Shown here: piece by piece, positions 1 to 11,057 of the stretch
How the letters are laid out: the number at the start of each line of letters is the position of its first letter
Position numbering within the stretch: position 1 is the stretch's first letter
NCBI RefSeq assembly: GCF_964213995.1
Contig: NW_027590142.1
Coordinates: 186,001 to 250,000 of the forward strand
Direction of reading: 5' to 3'
DNA length: 64,000 nt
From: Mustelus asterias
Taxonomy: Eukaryota
Position numbers and translations under genes: made by a program
The notes under the pieces: model-generated
The model's input: the letters and a program-made list of their open reading frames with translations, nothing else
Database searches by the model: none
Told to the model about the DNA's origin: nothing

Positions 1-1657
1 AGCTCCACGGGACTGTACCCAGTTATATCAGGCACAATGAATTTTGAGGGAGAATATGACATAGAACAGATGACGAAGGAGGAATGGGCATGAAAGGAGG
101 GAGAAAAGAAACAAGGTATAGAGGAAGCAGCTAGGAAAACAGAAGAGGTTTTGGAGGAGCTGAATCTCAGGAGGAAGGAGTTAGAGGATGAAGTAAAGGT
201 GGTAGAACTTTTGGAATGGGCAAAGAAGGTAATGGAAAAGGAAAAAGAACGAGAAGAGGGAGGAGAAAATGTTAGAAATAAATATGAGGGGAAAACAGGA
301 AATGATTTTTGCGAGTATGCAAGTGAGACATCACAAGGATGGAGGTGGAAGCACCCAGAGGAAGGTAGAATGGCGAGAGAGACGGAAGGAGAAACAGAAG
401 AGAGTAGTGAAGACGAAGGGAGGCAATCAATGTTAGGGGTGCAAAGAAAATCAAGGCGGGAAAGGCACCCACCTGTAAAGTTTCCAGATGTGGATAGGAG
501 AGGGAAAAGGGTATTCCCGGTGATTCTGAAGGGTGGCAGACCGCAGTATATCCCTTGGTCAGGTCAGGATTTGCCTAATTTAATTAATGAATTACCCAAT
601 ATTTTGGATGGGGCTGGAAGGTGGATTGGACAGTTGGAGGCGGGAATGGTGGGAGGTGACGAAGGTGCTAGGAATGGACCAAATGGCGGAAGTAATGAGA
701 CGTGCTGGCATCCCGACCGCAGCTTATGACCCAGCGGTGGATGGGACACTAATGGACCAGTACCGCCAAGACATCTGGCAGGCACTGTGGGATATGTACC
801 CCAATCGAATGGATGTAAAAACCCTAAAGGGAGAGCCACTGGGTGAGGAGGAGAATGCAGCGGTGTATGTGGAGAATCAATTAAAAAGGTGGAGAAGGGA
901 CACGGAGAGGGACATTCTAATAGACCCACTGACCAACTCCATGTTCCGGGCTGCAATCCTAGAGGGCTTGCCAGCCCCAGCTAAGACAAGGCTGGAGGAA
1001 GTGGTGGGCTTGGACTCAAAAAATTACCGAGAGTTTGTGGATTATGTTGCCCATGCAGTAGAGAGACATCGCAAAGATGAAAAGAATGCAGACAAACAGC
1101 TGAAGGAGGTACAACGTAAACTCCTTCAGGCACAGTTGGAGGAGATCAAAAGCAAGGATAAACTGAAGGCAAAAGAGGATCTCGCACCCAGAAAAATAGC
1201 ACCAATGATGGTGGAGCAAAAGCCAGAGGAAATACCTGCACTAATCAAAGGGGGGAGCGGAGATGGAGGCCAGCCCGTCATAACCTATAACATTTCTGCC
1301 TTCCCACTGTCCATGAACCCAGGAGCCTATGGCCTAAATTATCAAAACCCATACGCCCTGCAAAGTCAGACTGACTGGAATAGAAATGGGAAAGGACAGG
1401 GAGGTGGTAGGCCACCCTATCAGAATCAGAGAGGACAGGGACAGGTTAATCATCAGACTCCGAGACAGGGACCACTGCCTGGCCCTTCAGGTGTGTGTTG
1501 GGGGTGCGGGGAGGCAGGGCACATAAAAAGGAATTGCCCGCGGAATTTCCCCAGACAGGGAGAAAACCAGCAGCAGACAGGCCAACAACTGATCCAAGGA
1601 TCGCCAAACAGCATCCCGATGTTTCAAGGGCCGGTAAACCATCAGAATTCCCCATAG
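1..1657 (+). pseudogene. gag: Retroviral gag, disrupted
   Basis: Frame-1 ORF has an in-frame TGA at 91-93 and a frameshift/deletion near 650 (151..729 switches to 587..1657). Capsid-like region and zinc knuckle CWGCGEAGHIKRNC at 1496-1537; ends TAG 1655-1657. Confidence 0.9.
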
Positions 1658-4600
1658 GGAGGCCCAGAGAACCCCGAAATGGTAGGACAGCACGTACAGA
1701 TAACAGAAACTGCAGAGCAGGAACCTATAGTTAACGTTAGAGTAGGAGGGATCGAGGTCCCCATGATGATAGACACCGGCGCCACATGTACGTGCATGCA
1801 AACGAAATATGCGGATCACTTACCATTGTCAAACCAGTTTGTAAAAACTGTGGGGTTCTCGGGGAAAGTAACATTAGCTCGAATGACGACGCCGGTGCCT
1901 GTTACCATTGGAAATAAGACAACCCATGTACCTATTTTAGTATGTGATAAAACTCCTTTAAATCTATTGGGAAGGGATGCAATCCTAGGTTTAGGACTGA
2001 AATTAGAATGCACTGAACAAGGAATTGATTTGATGGGAATGTATCCACTTGAAATACCAGGAAAGGAAGGGGTTAATGTATATTGGTTGGGAGATATAGA
2101 GGAACAAGTTAAAAAACAGATATGGGAAGTTTGGGGAAAGCTTATAAACACTTGGGTTCCACAAGCCAAATGGCCAAGAACAGAATTACACAGTACAATG
2201 ATATTTGATGAAGGGCAGGAACCTGAGATACAGGAGAAATGGGAAAGGGAGGCGGGACGAGAACAGGAAATAAAGTCAGGAAGTATTTTAATCGGACTAG
2301 AGGGAGTGGCCCTCACAATTGTTAGGAATGAATGGGTTAACAAATGGTTCTCTGTATCTGGGGCGGAGCCACATGTCACATTGAAAGTGAATCCGGGATA
2401 CAGATCAAAAGACCTAGGACCAATGGTGTTGAGAGCACAAGATTTAGAATTTGTCCAGACAGACAATGTGGATATTTGGACGTCCAGCAATGGACAAATG
2501 ACGAAAATAATTTTGGATGTTAAAATGCTTGGGAAACCGAAGCAGATAACAATAGGAGTGCAAATCGAGAAACAGGAACTGGAGTGGAGAGAGAGGTTAG
2601 AGCAGGATTTGAACTCTCTCCCGCAGGAGTTGTGGTCCAGACAGGACACGGATGTAGGGAGGGTCAAAAACGCTAATCCAGTTGAAGTCAGATTAAAGAT
2701 AGGACGTCAGGGGCCGTATAGGCCGCAATACCCAATCAAGACAGAAGCAATTGAAGGAATTAGAGGGACAATTAAGGGATTGATAGAAGCAGGGGTATTA
2801 AAAGAAACCTGGAGCAGGTGTAATACACCGCTACTACCAGTGAAAAAGGCGGACGGAGAAAAATGGAGATTGGTGCATGATCTAAGGGCAATTAATGAGG
2901 TAGTGGAAGATATGCCAGCAGAGTTTCCAAACCCTTATACCTTGATGACAAATATACCACCTGAAAGTAGATGGTTTACTGTAATAGACCTATGTTCGGC
3001 ATTTTTTAGTGTGCCACTAGCTCAAGAAAGTCAGTATCTCTTTGTATTTACGTACGAGGGGAAACAATACACATACAATAGGATGCCCCAAGGATTTAAA
3101 CATTCCCCACATGTATTCAATCAGGTGTTGAGAGCAGATTTAGAAGGAATACAGTTGGAAGGAACACTGATACAATATGTGGATGATTTATTATTATGCA
3201 CAGGAACACAAGAACAGTGCAGGAAGGATAGTTTAAAACTATTGGAAAGACTAGCAGAAGGGGGCCATAAAGTTTCCAGGAAAAAGCTGCAGCTGTGCCA
3301 GAAAAAGGTAGAATACTTGGGAAGAGAAATATCAGCAGGACAGAAGGAGATAGCTTCACAGCAAATAGAAGCAGTACTAAAAGTTCCGAAACCACGGACG
3401 GTGGGACAAATGATGACATTTTTGGGAATGACAGGATTCAGTTCAGAATGGGTGGAAAGCTATGCCGAAAAAACGCAGGCACTACGAAAGATAATGAAGG
3501 AGGCAGGGTGTGACGAATTAAAAGCCAAACTAAAATGGGATAAAGATGCTTCAGACGCATTTGAAAACGTGAAAAGAGAAATGGCACAGGCACCAGCATT
3601 GGCCTTACCGACCTATGACAAGCCCTTTGACTTATTTGTGAGTAACAGAGAAGCTGGATTTGCTACAGCAATGTTAATGCAGGAAAATTGCAAGGGTAGA
3701 CGAAGGCAGGCTGTAGCATATTACAGTACCAAGCTAGACGACGTAGCAATGGGATACCCTCCGTGCTATCAAGGTCTGGCAGCAGCTTGGTGGGCATACG
3801 AAAAGGCAGCTACGGTCACAATGGGATATCCGATAAACATACATGTATACCATAAGGTAGCTGAATTGATTGAGCAAGGAAAATTTGTGCTGACACCTGC
3901 TAGGATCCATCATTATCGAATGCTAACCACATTTCCAGATATCACGATTATAAAGTGCAACAGAGTAAATCCAGCTGATTACATGCCATTACCTCATGAA
4001 GGAGAAGAACATGAATGCTTAAGAGAAGCAAAAACATTTATGAAACTGAGAAAAGATTTAAGAGCAGAGGGACTAGTGACAGAAGGGAAAAGGATACTGT
4101 ATGTAGATGGCTCATGTTACAGGGATCACTTAGGAAACCACGCAGGCTATGCCATAGTTGAACAGAAAGGGGAAACACTTGAAGTCATAGAAGCAGAGAA
4201 ATGTGAACAGCCCTGTTCAGCCCAACTAGCAGAGCTTAAAGCATTGACCAGAGCATGTGAGCTAGCAAACGGGGAAGCGGTGGAAATTTATACTGATTCG
4301 GCCTATGCCCACGGGGTCTGCCATCTGTTCGGGGCAATATGGAAGCAAAGGGGATTTATGAAAAGCGGAGGAGGACCAATACAACACGAAGGTCAAATCA
4401 GGGCTTTAATAAGGGCCATGATGGGTCCAAGGGAATTAGCCATAATTAAGTGTCAGGCGCATAAAAAGGGAGCAGACAGCATCACACAGGGAAACACCAA
4501 AGCCGACAAGGCAGCTAAAGAAGCGTCAGGATGCATTGAGGCTACGATAGCCCCAGTAGAAATAGCAAGGCCGCACCCAGGGCCAGGTACGGGGGATATC

Positions 4601-6031
4601 GAACCTCATATCACATTAGAAGATGTAGCACAGTTACAGGAGGAAACCTCTGTAGCTGAAAAGGCAATGTGGAAAGATAGAGGAGCACTACAGGGACAAC
4701 AGGACAGGATATGGAGAAATGGGGAGGGATTAGTCATAGCACCCACATCATTACTAACCGTACTAATTAGCGAAGCGCATGGAGTGGACCACTGTGCAAG
4801 AGGAGAAGTGGCTAGAAAGATCAAGAAGGAAGGATTCTGGTCACCATACCTGCAAAACTCGATTGACTACATACTGAGTCAGTGTGAGGTGTGTGCTCAG
4901 AATAACATCAGGAAGGGCATTACTGCCCCAATAGGGCATATACCCATTCCTGAAGGACCATTTAAACATCTATGCATGGACTATGTGGATATGGGAAAGG
5001 TGGTGAGGGGGAAAAGATACATGTTAGTGATTATTGATAGATTCAGCAGATGGATAGAAGCAACGCCATCCAAAGATCAAGGATCTGGAACGGTGATTAA
5101 CTTCCTGTCAAAAGAAATTATCCCAAGATTTGGCATACCCACGCAATTAAGTTCAGACAATGGATCTGCTTTTATAGGAAGGGCACTGAGAGAGACACTC
5201 TCGGCACTCCGAATAAAGCAGAAGTTTGGATGTGTATATCATCCTCAATCCCAAGGAATGGTGGAGAGAGCAAACGGGACCCTTAAGGCTAAAATAAGCA
5301 AAATTTGCAGTGAAACAGGGAAAAACTGGATAGATGCTCTGCCATTGGCTCTAATGCAATACAGGAGTCAGGAAAACAGAATCACACATTTGAGCCCTCA
5401 TGAAATGATGACAGGAAGAGTAATGCCGGTACCTAAGATCAGGGGATCAGGAGGTCCTACGCTAGAATGTTTAGATCAAAGCACAAAAGAATATATACAA
5501 CAATTAACTGTTATACATAGAACTATATTTGAACAGGAAAAAGCCAAGGAGGAGGAGAATCCGGTAACAGAACATCAGATCAAGCCTGGAGATCGAGTAT
5601 ACATCAGAAAGTTCCGGAGACGTTGGAACGAACCGAGACGAGAAGGACCGTTTGAAGTCACCAAAGTGTCTCCCACGGCGTTGCAAGTAGAAGGCAGTAC
5701 ACTGTGGTATCACTTAAACCATTGTACCAGAACGGTACCAGGGGTGAGGGAGAGAAGGGAAATTGAAGAAGTACACAGAGTGGATAGAGGTGATAGCGAG
5801 GAAGAAATAGAAATACACGGGGAGAATCGTGGGGAGGAGGAACAGAGCCAAGGAAGAACAAAAAGAATAGAGGATGATGAAAGTAGTTCTGTACATGAGC
5901 TGGCTGATGATACAAATGCCCAGCCTGAGCCTATTAGTCAAGGTGCCGAGGGAGGTGAGGACAGTGAAGGGGCCCCATTCCCCACCTGGGACTTGGAAAC
6001 TATTTCCCTTAGGGACTTCCGTGACCCATAG
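1658..6031 (+). CDS. pol: Pro-Pol polyprotein (protease, 2H-like insert, RT, RNase H, integrase), uninterrupted
   Basis: 1450-aa ORF in frame with gag. Protease DTGA, RT YVDD, RNase H YVDGS..AEL..TDS, integrase HGVDH...CEVC and D,D(35)E residues (MDY, SDNG, ERANG). Confidence 0.97.
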   Translation, partial: GGPENPEMVGQHVQITETAEQEPIVNVRVGGIEVPMMIDTGATCTCMQTKYADHLPLSNQFVKTVGFSGKVTLARMTTPVPVTIGNKTTHVPILVCDKTPLNLLGRDAILGLGLKLECTEQGIDLMGMYPLEIPGKEGVNVYWLGDIEEQVKKQIWEVWGKLINTWVPQAKWPRTELHSTMIFDEGQEPEIQEKWEREAGREQEIKSGSILIGLEGVALTIVRNEWVNKWFSVSGAEPHVTLKVNPGYRSKDLGPMVLRAQDLEFVQTDNVDIWTSSNGQMTKIILDVKMLGKPKQITIGVQIEKQELEWRERLEQDLNSLPQELWSRQDTDVGRVKNANPVEVRLKIGRQGPYRPQYPIKTEAIEGIRGTIKGLIEAGVLKETWSRCNTPLLPVKKADGEKWRLVHDLRAINEVVEDMPAEFPNPYTLMTNIPPESRWFTVIDLCSAFFSVPLAQESQYLFVFTYEGKQYTYNRMPQGFKHSPHVFNQVLRADLEGIQLEGTLIQYVDDLLLCTGTQEQCRKDSLKLLERLAEGGHKVSRKKLQLCQKKVEYLGREISAGQKEIASQQIEAVLKVPKPRTVGQMMTFLGMTGFSSEWVESYAEKTQALRKIMKEAGCDELKAKLKWDKDASDAFENVKREMAQAPALALPTYDKPFDLFVSNREAGFATAMLMQENCKGRRRQAVAYYSTKLDDVAMGYPPCYQGLAAAWWAYEKAATVTMGYPINIHVYHKVAELIEQGKFVLTPARIHHYRMLTTFPDITIIKCNRVNPADYMPLPHEGEEHECLREAKTFMKLRKDLRAEGLVTEGKRILYVDGSCYRDHLGNHAGYAIVEQKGETLEVIEAEKCEQPCSAQLAELKALTRACELANGEAVEIYTDSAYAHGVCHLFGAIWKQRGFMKSGGGPIQHEGQIRALIRAMMGPRELAIIKCQAHKKGADSITQGNTKADKAAKEASGCIEATIAPVEIARPHPGPGTGDIEPHITLEDVAQLQEETSVAEKAMWKDRGALQGQQDRIWRNGEGLVIAPTSLLTVLISEAHGVDHCARGEVARKIKKEGFWSPYLQNSIDYILSQCEVCAQNNIRKGITAPIGHIPIPEGPFKHLCMDYVDMGKVVRGKRYMLVIIDRFSRWIEATPSKDQGSGTVINFLSKEIIPRFGIPTQLSSDNGSAFIGRALRETLSALRIKQKFGCVYHPQSQGMVERANGTLKAKISKICSETGKNWIDALPLALMQYRSQENRITHLSPHEMMTGRVMPVPKIRGSGGPTLECLDQSTKEYIQQLTVIHRTIFEQEKAKEEENPVTEHQIKPGDRVYIRKFRRRWNEPRREGPFEVTKVSPTALQVEGSTLWYHLNHCTRTVPGVRERREIEEVHRVDRGDSEEEIEIHGENRGEEEQSQGRTKRIEDDESSSVHELADDTNAQPEPISQGAEGGEDSEGAPFPTWDLETISLRDFRDP

Positions 6032-7608
6032 AAAAGGAGAATGGGATACAGAAGACATAAGGGTGCAAAATCAGGAAGATAGAGTATTAAGACGAACAAA
6101 ACGTGAACGATTAGTGAGCACAAATACTATTTGGGAAAAAGCGCAGAAAAACAAATGGTGGAAATGGGCTGAGTATACAGGTCAGAGAAACAGTGATGGG
6201 AAAGAGTGTGTAGTATGTGCATCAGAGAAACCTAACACCCAAGTAACTGATATACCATGGGGATCAGGAGACTGTCGAACCAGGAAACAAAGCTGGAGAA
6301 AGGAAAATTGCCGTCCATATACCACATATATACGGTATCATACAATAGGGAATTGGAACTACTCGTATGAGAAGATAAACTGTTCCGGATCCGCATGTGC
6401 TAACCTTTGTAAAGGTAAGCCGCCGTTGTGTCAATACCACTGCATCCTGTTTGCTGGGGTAAAAAGAGACATCCAAGAAGCCATCTACAATGTAACCCAC
6501 AAATGTCCAAAGTGGCCAAAAACAGCAATGGACGCTGTCCCAAAGGAATGGAGGGTAGAGCCCGACTTACGAATCCAAGATTGCTATTGGAGGAGAAGCA
6601 GAACAGGAATTAGTATGGGAGAATACGCAGGGGAGTGTGTAAGGATTTGGAATACAACCGACATCCGTAGGCTGATCATGCCAATCAAAGGGGGAACGCC
6701 ACCCCCTCCTTATGTATTAGACTTTCAAGTAGAACAACTGGCCGATCTCTGGTGGCTTTGTGGCCCGGAGAAAGGGCTATTGGCAAAATTACCACAGAAT
6801 TGGAAGGGACTATGTGCCCGAGTTATGCTTGCCCAGAGCATTGTGATACTACCGGTGGAAAGAAAAAATTAAATCACAAAGAATTAAGAGGGCATATACC
6901 CCTGACCCTACGATAAAATTGGACGCAATCGGACAGCCCCGCGGCATCCCGAATGAGTTCAAAGCTAGGAACGAAATAGCTGCAGGGTTTGAATCCCTCT
7001 TTGTTTGGATCACACCCAGCAAGAATACTGAGTGGATCAATTACATCTATTATAATCAGCAGAGGTTTATTAATTATACGAATGATGCCCTGGAGGCCTT
7101 AGGAGAGCAGTTGGATGCGACTAGCAAAATGGCGTGGCAAAATCGACAGGCGTTAGATTGGCTCCTGGCAGAGAAAGGAGGGGTGTGTGTTATGTTTGGG
7201 GATCAGTGCTGCACATTTATCCCTAATAACACTAATCCAGAAGGGTCATTTACACAAGCCATGAATAAGTTAAGAAATCTTAAGAAAGAAGTGAAAGAAA
7301 ATGCTGGGTTTGGGCATGAGGTATGGAGTTGGCTGGACAGAATATTAGGAAGATGGGGGGCGTGGTTTGCCAAAGCTGGAGCTGTAGCAATCGCAACAAT
7401 AATCATTCTGGGATTGATATTTTGTTGTTTTTTACCCGCCCTGAGATCCTTCCTTACCAGAGTGGCAGCGCGGCAGATGGTGACGCGGGTGCTAAGCAGC
7501 TCACGCTCAAGAGAAAAAACAGAGGAATGGGAAAATCTTGAGCCGCCCCCGCTGAGTGGATTCACAATGACCTTGGTCGAAGTTGAAACTCGTCACTCTG
7601 TAAAATAA
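5874..7608 (+). pseudogene. env: Retroviral env (gamma-type SU-TM) with one +1 frameshift
   Basis: Signal peptide MMKVVLYMSWLM, CxxC (CVVC), furin RIKR 6880-6891, immunosuppressive domain QNRQALDWLLAEKGG, CX6CC and a TM helix. Removing one A from the A6 run at 6863-6868 joins the two ORFs into 577 aa. Confidence 0.93.
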
Positions 7609-7960
7609 CTACAATAGTGAAAGATCACCTTGTGGAAACAACAGCACCTTGCTGAAGTCCGCGCGAAACCAGGAGAACTTAGTCTGTACACAGGAATCAG
7701 TCTTTTTCCCTTCCCTAGACAAGAGTGGGAAGGTTTTTTGGCTGATGACTGTCAGGGGCAGGCAATCTGGAGGAGCAACCCAAAAATCAGAACCGGGATA
7801 GACAAATTATGATAAAGTTAGAATAGGGACACTGATCCCTGACCAAAATAGTCGGCTCCTCCACATCGCCTGGGAAAAGTGATTAAAATAAAATACAAAT
7901 GGGATTGAGCGAGGGGATTATTTGAGCTTGGTAATTGGGATGAGGCTAGGGAATAGCCTC

Positions 7961-7970
7961 AAAGGGGGGA
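7961..7970 (+). other. Polypurine tract
   Basis: AAAGGGGGGA two bases before the LTR TG, preceded by hairpin TGAGGCTA-GGGAA-TAGCCTCA. Confidence 0.85.
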
Positions 7971-7972
7971 CT

Positions 7973-8738
7973 TGTAAGGGAAATTGTACTGGATATTGTA
8001 TGAGTTTAGTATGGAATTCAGATTCATAGGTTTTAGTGAAATAATAAAGCAGATTTAGATAAGTAGTGAAAATGGATATGTAACCTAAAATAACTTCGTG
8101 TGACCTAATATAATCAAGTGTAGTCGATATGATCAAAGTGGAGAAACTAGAGAAGTAATATAGCAATCACTAATTAAGGAAAGCAGACAATAGTCACTTA
8201 AGAAAACAAGGAAGACTGCTCGGTGGTTCAACTTAATAGTGGACCATAAACCAGCAGAGAGAATGTCTTTTCTGCTAAACACATTAGTGGACCATAAATC
8301 AGCAGGGGGATGTCTTTTCTTCTAAACACTTTCGGCCTTAGCTTACAAACCCACGATTATTGTACAAACAGAAAAGTTCAGATAAGAGCAAGAGTTATAA
8401 CCACCATGGTTTAAGAAACGAAGAGATATAACAGTGAACGACCGATTGCAAAGAAAACAGATAAAGGGTCAACTAAAAATAATGGTGGCCAAAGAAAGAG
8501 CGGGCTGTAGGGTAAGATTACAACCAAGGACAGGCAGTAAAAGGGAGATAAGGATCTTGAGATAGGAGGCTGAAATGTACATAAAAGAGTGTAAGCCCAA
8601 GGGCTCTTTGGAGTGTTCCGGACGTTCCCGGCTTTGTCTCTTGTGCTGAGAAATAAAGTCTTTTGCTTGAAAGATCGCTGCTCAGACTCTCTGTTTTAAA
8701 CCGATGTGAACGAATTGTCGTCCTGGGGAACCACGACA
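7973..8738 (+). repeat. 3' LTR of the ERV (766 bp)
   Basis: Starts TGTAAG after the PPT and ends ...ACGACA. Tandem ~47-bp U3 repeat (about 8237-8329), TATA-like TACATAAAA near 8578, AATAAA 8652-8657. Host VH leader sequence resumes at 8739. Confidence 0.9.
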
Positions 8739-8776
8739 AAAGTCAGCAACAAACTGAGAGAAATCGCCGAGTTCAT
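8739..8776 (-). pseudogene. IGHV: Immunoglobulin heavy-chain VH leader exon (shark IgM type), interrupted by the ERV
   Basis: ATG AAC TCG GCG ATT TCT CTC AGT TTG TTG CTG ACT TT = MNSAISLSLLLTF, matching the shark IgM VH leader pattern (MxSAISLSLLLTFLS); cut at the LTR end. Confidence 0.85.
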
Positions 8777-8779
8777 TCT

Positions 8780-8900
8780 TCTGGTCATTTGGGGGAAATG
8801 GTTGTGTCAGGAACTCAGTGAACAAACCAACTCCCGGACTGTTGGATTCCGGTCCCAGTGAGCGTCATTTAAATACCCGGCAGAAGGCGCCGCCTTTTGA
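8780..8900 (-). promoter_or_regulatory. Putative VH promoter
   Basis: TATTTAAAT followed by TGACG (minus strand, about 8863-8875), roughly 90 bp upstream of the leader ATG. Confidence 0.5.
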
Positions 8901-9519
8901 TTCCCTGGTGGAGGCGGCGACTGGATCCAGGTCCCACCTTCCACACCCCCAAAAGAATGGACTCCGGGATTAACAATAGGTTAATAATAAAGTGGGCATT
9001 TTATCACTATCAGGATTTTCGTTTGCCTGAATCGATTCATTGCAATGTCTCCATTATTTCTAAAGGTGATATGGCAGTTCATCATCTCTGTATTAAAAAA
9101 AACTAATTCAACTGTAAACATGGTGCTTTTATTAACACGCCCCTAACAAAAAGACAAAACTAAAAGTAATAAAATTATATTTTCAGAAAATAAAGTAACA
9201 TTGAGTCTAGCTTGCAACAATTCCGGGTCTCTATCACATTACAATAATAAAGCATAATTTATCAGAAGAATTGCTATCGATTTCTTTAATTAAATGCGGG
9301 GACGAAAACAAGTGATTCTATTTACAGTCTGGATGGCTATCACGGTACAATTTGGGTTTGGAGATAACAGGAATTTCCTCGCATTATATCGTGTCTCCTG
9401 ACATTTTTCAAAATGTCCCTGAATGGAAGACAGCTCTGTGTAAATTAGGGGTAAAACAAACCCGCCTGCGTGAAAATTAAAGAGTGCGTTGGCAGAGAAA
9501 CAGAGAAGCATAAAATTGA

Positions 9520-10205
9520 ATTTGCCTTTTGACAGAGAATTTAATTAATCGGAACAGACACGGCGATCAGTAAAGTTGTCCTTCAGCATCCAAATTATCG
9601 CAGCTCATTTTGTTAGCCACCGGTTGTCTAATATTCGCTGGTATCAGGAACACAGGATATCAGGATTTGCGGCACATTACACATTATCACAAGAATATAT
9701 ATTTTACTTTCCACTGAATCAGGTTATAAACTGATAATTTATCTACTCGTTGGCAGATATGAGATGAACTATTGAATAATGGAAGTCAGATTATAGTGTA
9801 CAACAGAACACTGTGCGAATCAGGAATAAGAGACGCTGCTGATAAAACGAGGTGCAGTACTTTGTGAATATTCCAGGTATCTCCGCTGTTCCATGCAGTT
9901 TCATGACGTTATTTTAATATTATTTATTTGCATTTTTTTTGTCTTTGCACTGATCTCAATTGAAGGGGGAATTGAGACCATCAACATCTCTCTCTCGCAT
10001 TTCATGAAGCAGTTAATAAACAGACTTTAATGATTGGAATGGCATTTGCTTGGAAGTTACACAAATAAAACAGCATCTTGTCAATTTATTGTTTTCCGAT
10101 ACCATTTAATCACATAATGAACAGGGCATGAATGGAAACATTTGACACGAACGATTACGATTTAAAATGCGTCTTTCTTGTGGAAATGAAATATTTATTG
10201 TTTAA
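9520..10205. repeat. Diverged duplicated block, copy 1 (upstream of VH 1)
   Basis: Colinear similarity to 24190-24845, with shared anchors CCTTCAGCATCCAAAT, GTACAACAGAACA, GAATATTCCAGG and TTTAATCACATAATGAACAG. Confidence 0.85.
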
Positions 10206-11057
10206 AAGGCTGAATCCCATTTTGTCCATTCAGGTTCACGCTGATCTGTCCCACACAGTATTTGGCAGCAATCCAAGCTGCTGCCAAACGCTCAAAGTTA
10301 TTGACAGGAAGCATCTGGGGGTGTTTGTGCAGTAAGTCAAATATCTGTTTCCTCAGTACTGACCGCTTGGCTGAAAGACAAATTCAAACTCTTCAATTGT
10401 CAATGAGGCCTATTTATAAAGAAATATACCCAGCAATAGTACAGGAGGCACTTTAATTATTTAAAGTTGTAAATCCAAATGAATTGCTCCCATTTCTCAA
10501 GAAAGGAGTTATGCAGCTTCTCTGGCACCCTGTTTGCACCAAATATGATTTTTCCAGTACATCAGGAGAGTGTGATGGATGAATAGAAAGAATTACAGGC
10601 AGACTGTGAGAGATGAGTCAGAGAGAGGTTACATGTTGTAATACATGAACATTTATGTTTGTGTTTTCTTTCCCTTTATCCTTCCATGGCATGTTTCAGA
10701 TGGAGGAAAGACCAGCACTTTTTGCCTGTCCCAAATTCCCTTGAACTAATTGGTTTTCTAGGCCACTTCTGAAGATATTAAAAATCCAGCCATTTTACTG
10801 TCCGTGTGGAGTCACATCCGTGTGAGACCAGGGAGCGATGGCAGATTTCCTTCATTGGGGAATCAGAGAGGTTCCTTTGGTCGCCATTAGTATCTATTCC
10901 AGATTTTTTAATTGAATTCAAACTCCACCAGCTGTAATGGTCCGATTTAAATCCCTGTCCTCACATCATTGTCCTGGGCCTCTGGATCACTGGGCCACTT
11001 CAATTAATATTACGTCACCATCTATTCAAACAATAAATGCATGACTGTGTTGATGCA

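Larger units (their letters stand above)
1..8738 (+). mobile_element. Endogenous retrovirus (gamma/epsilon-like), 3' part; 5' LTR and start of gag lie upstream of the window
   Basis: Colinear gag (CCHC knuckle), in-frame TAG, pro-pol, env, polypurine tract and TG...CA LTR. Confidence 0.97.

Noticed and set aside
9520-9830. Apparent TM/stalk exons (LILLATGCLIFAG; LLNNGSQIIVYNRTLCES) or a WYQ Ig motif in the duplicated block
   Set aside because: Stops in both copies, incompatible phases and no third-position bias between paralogs.
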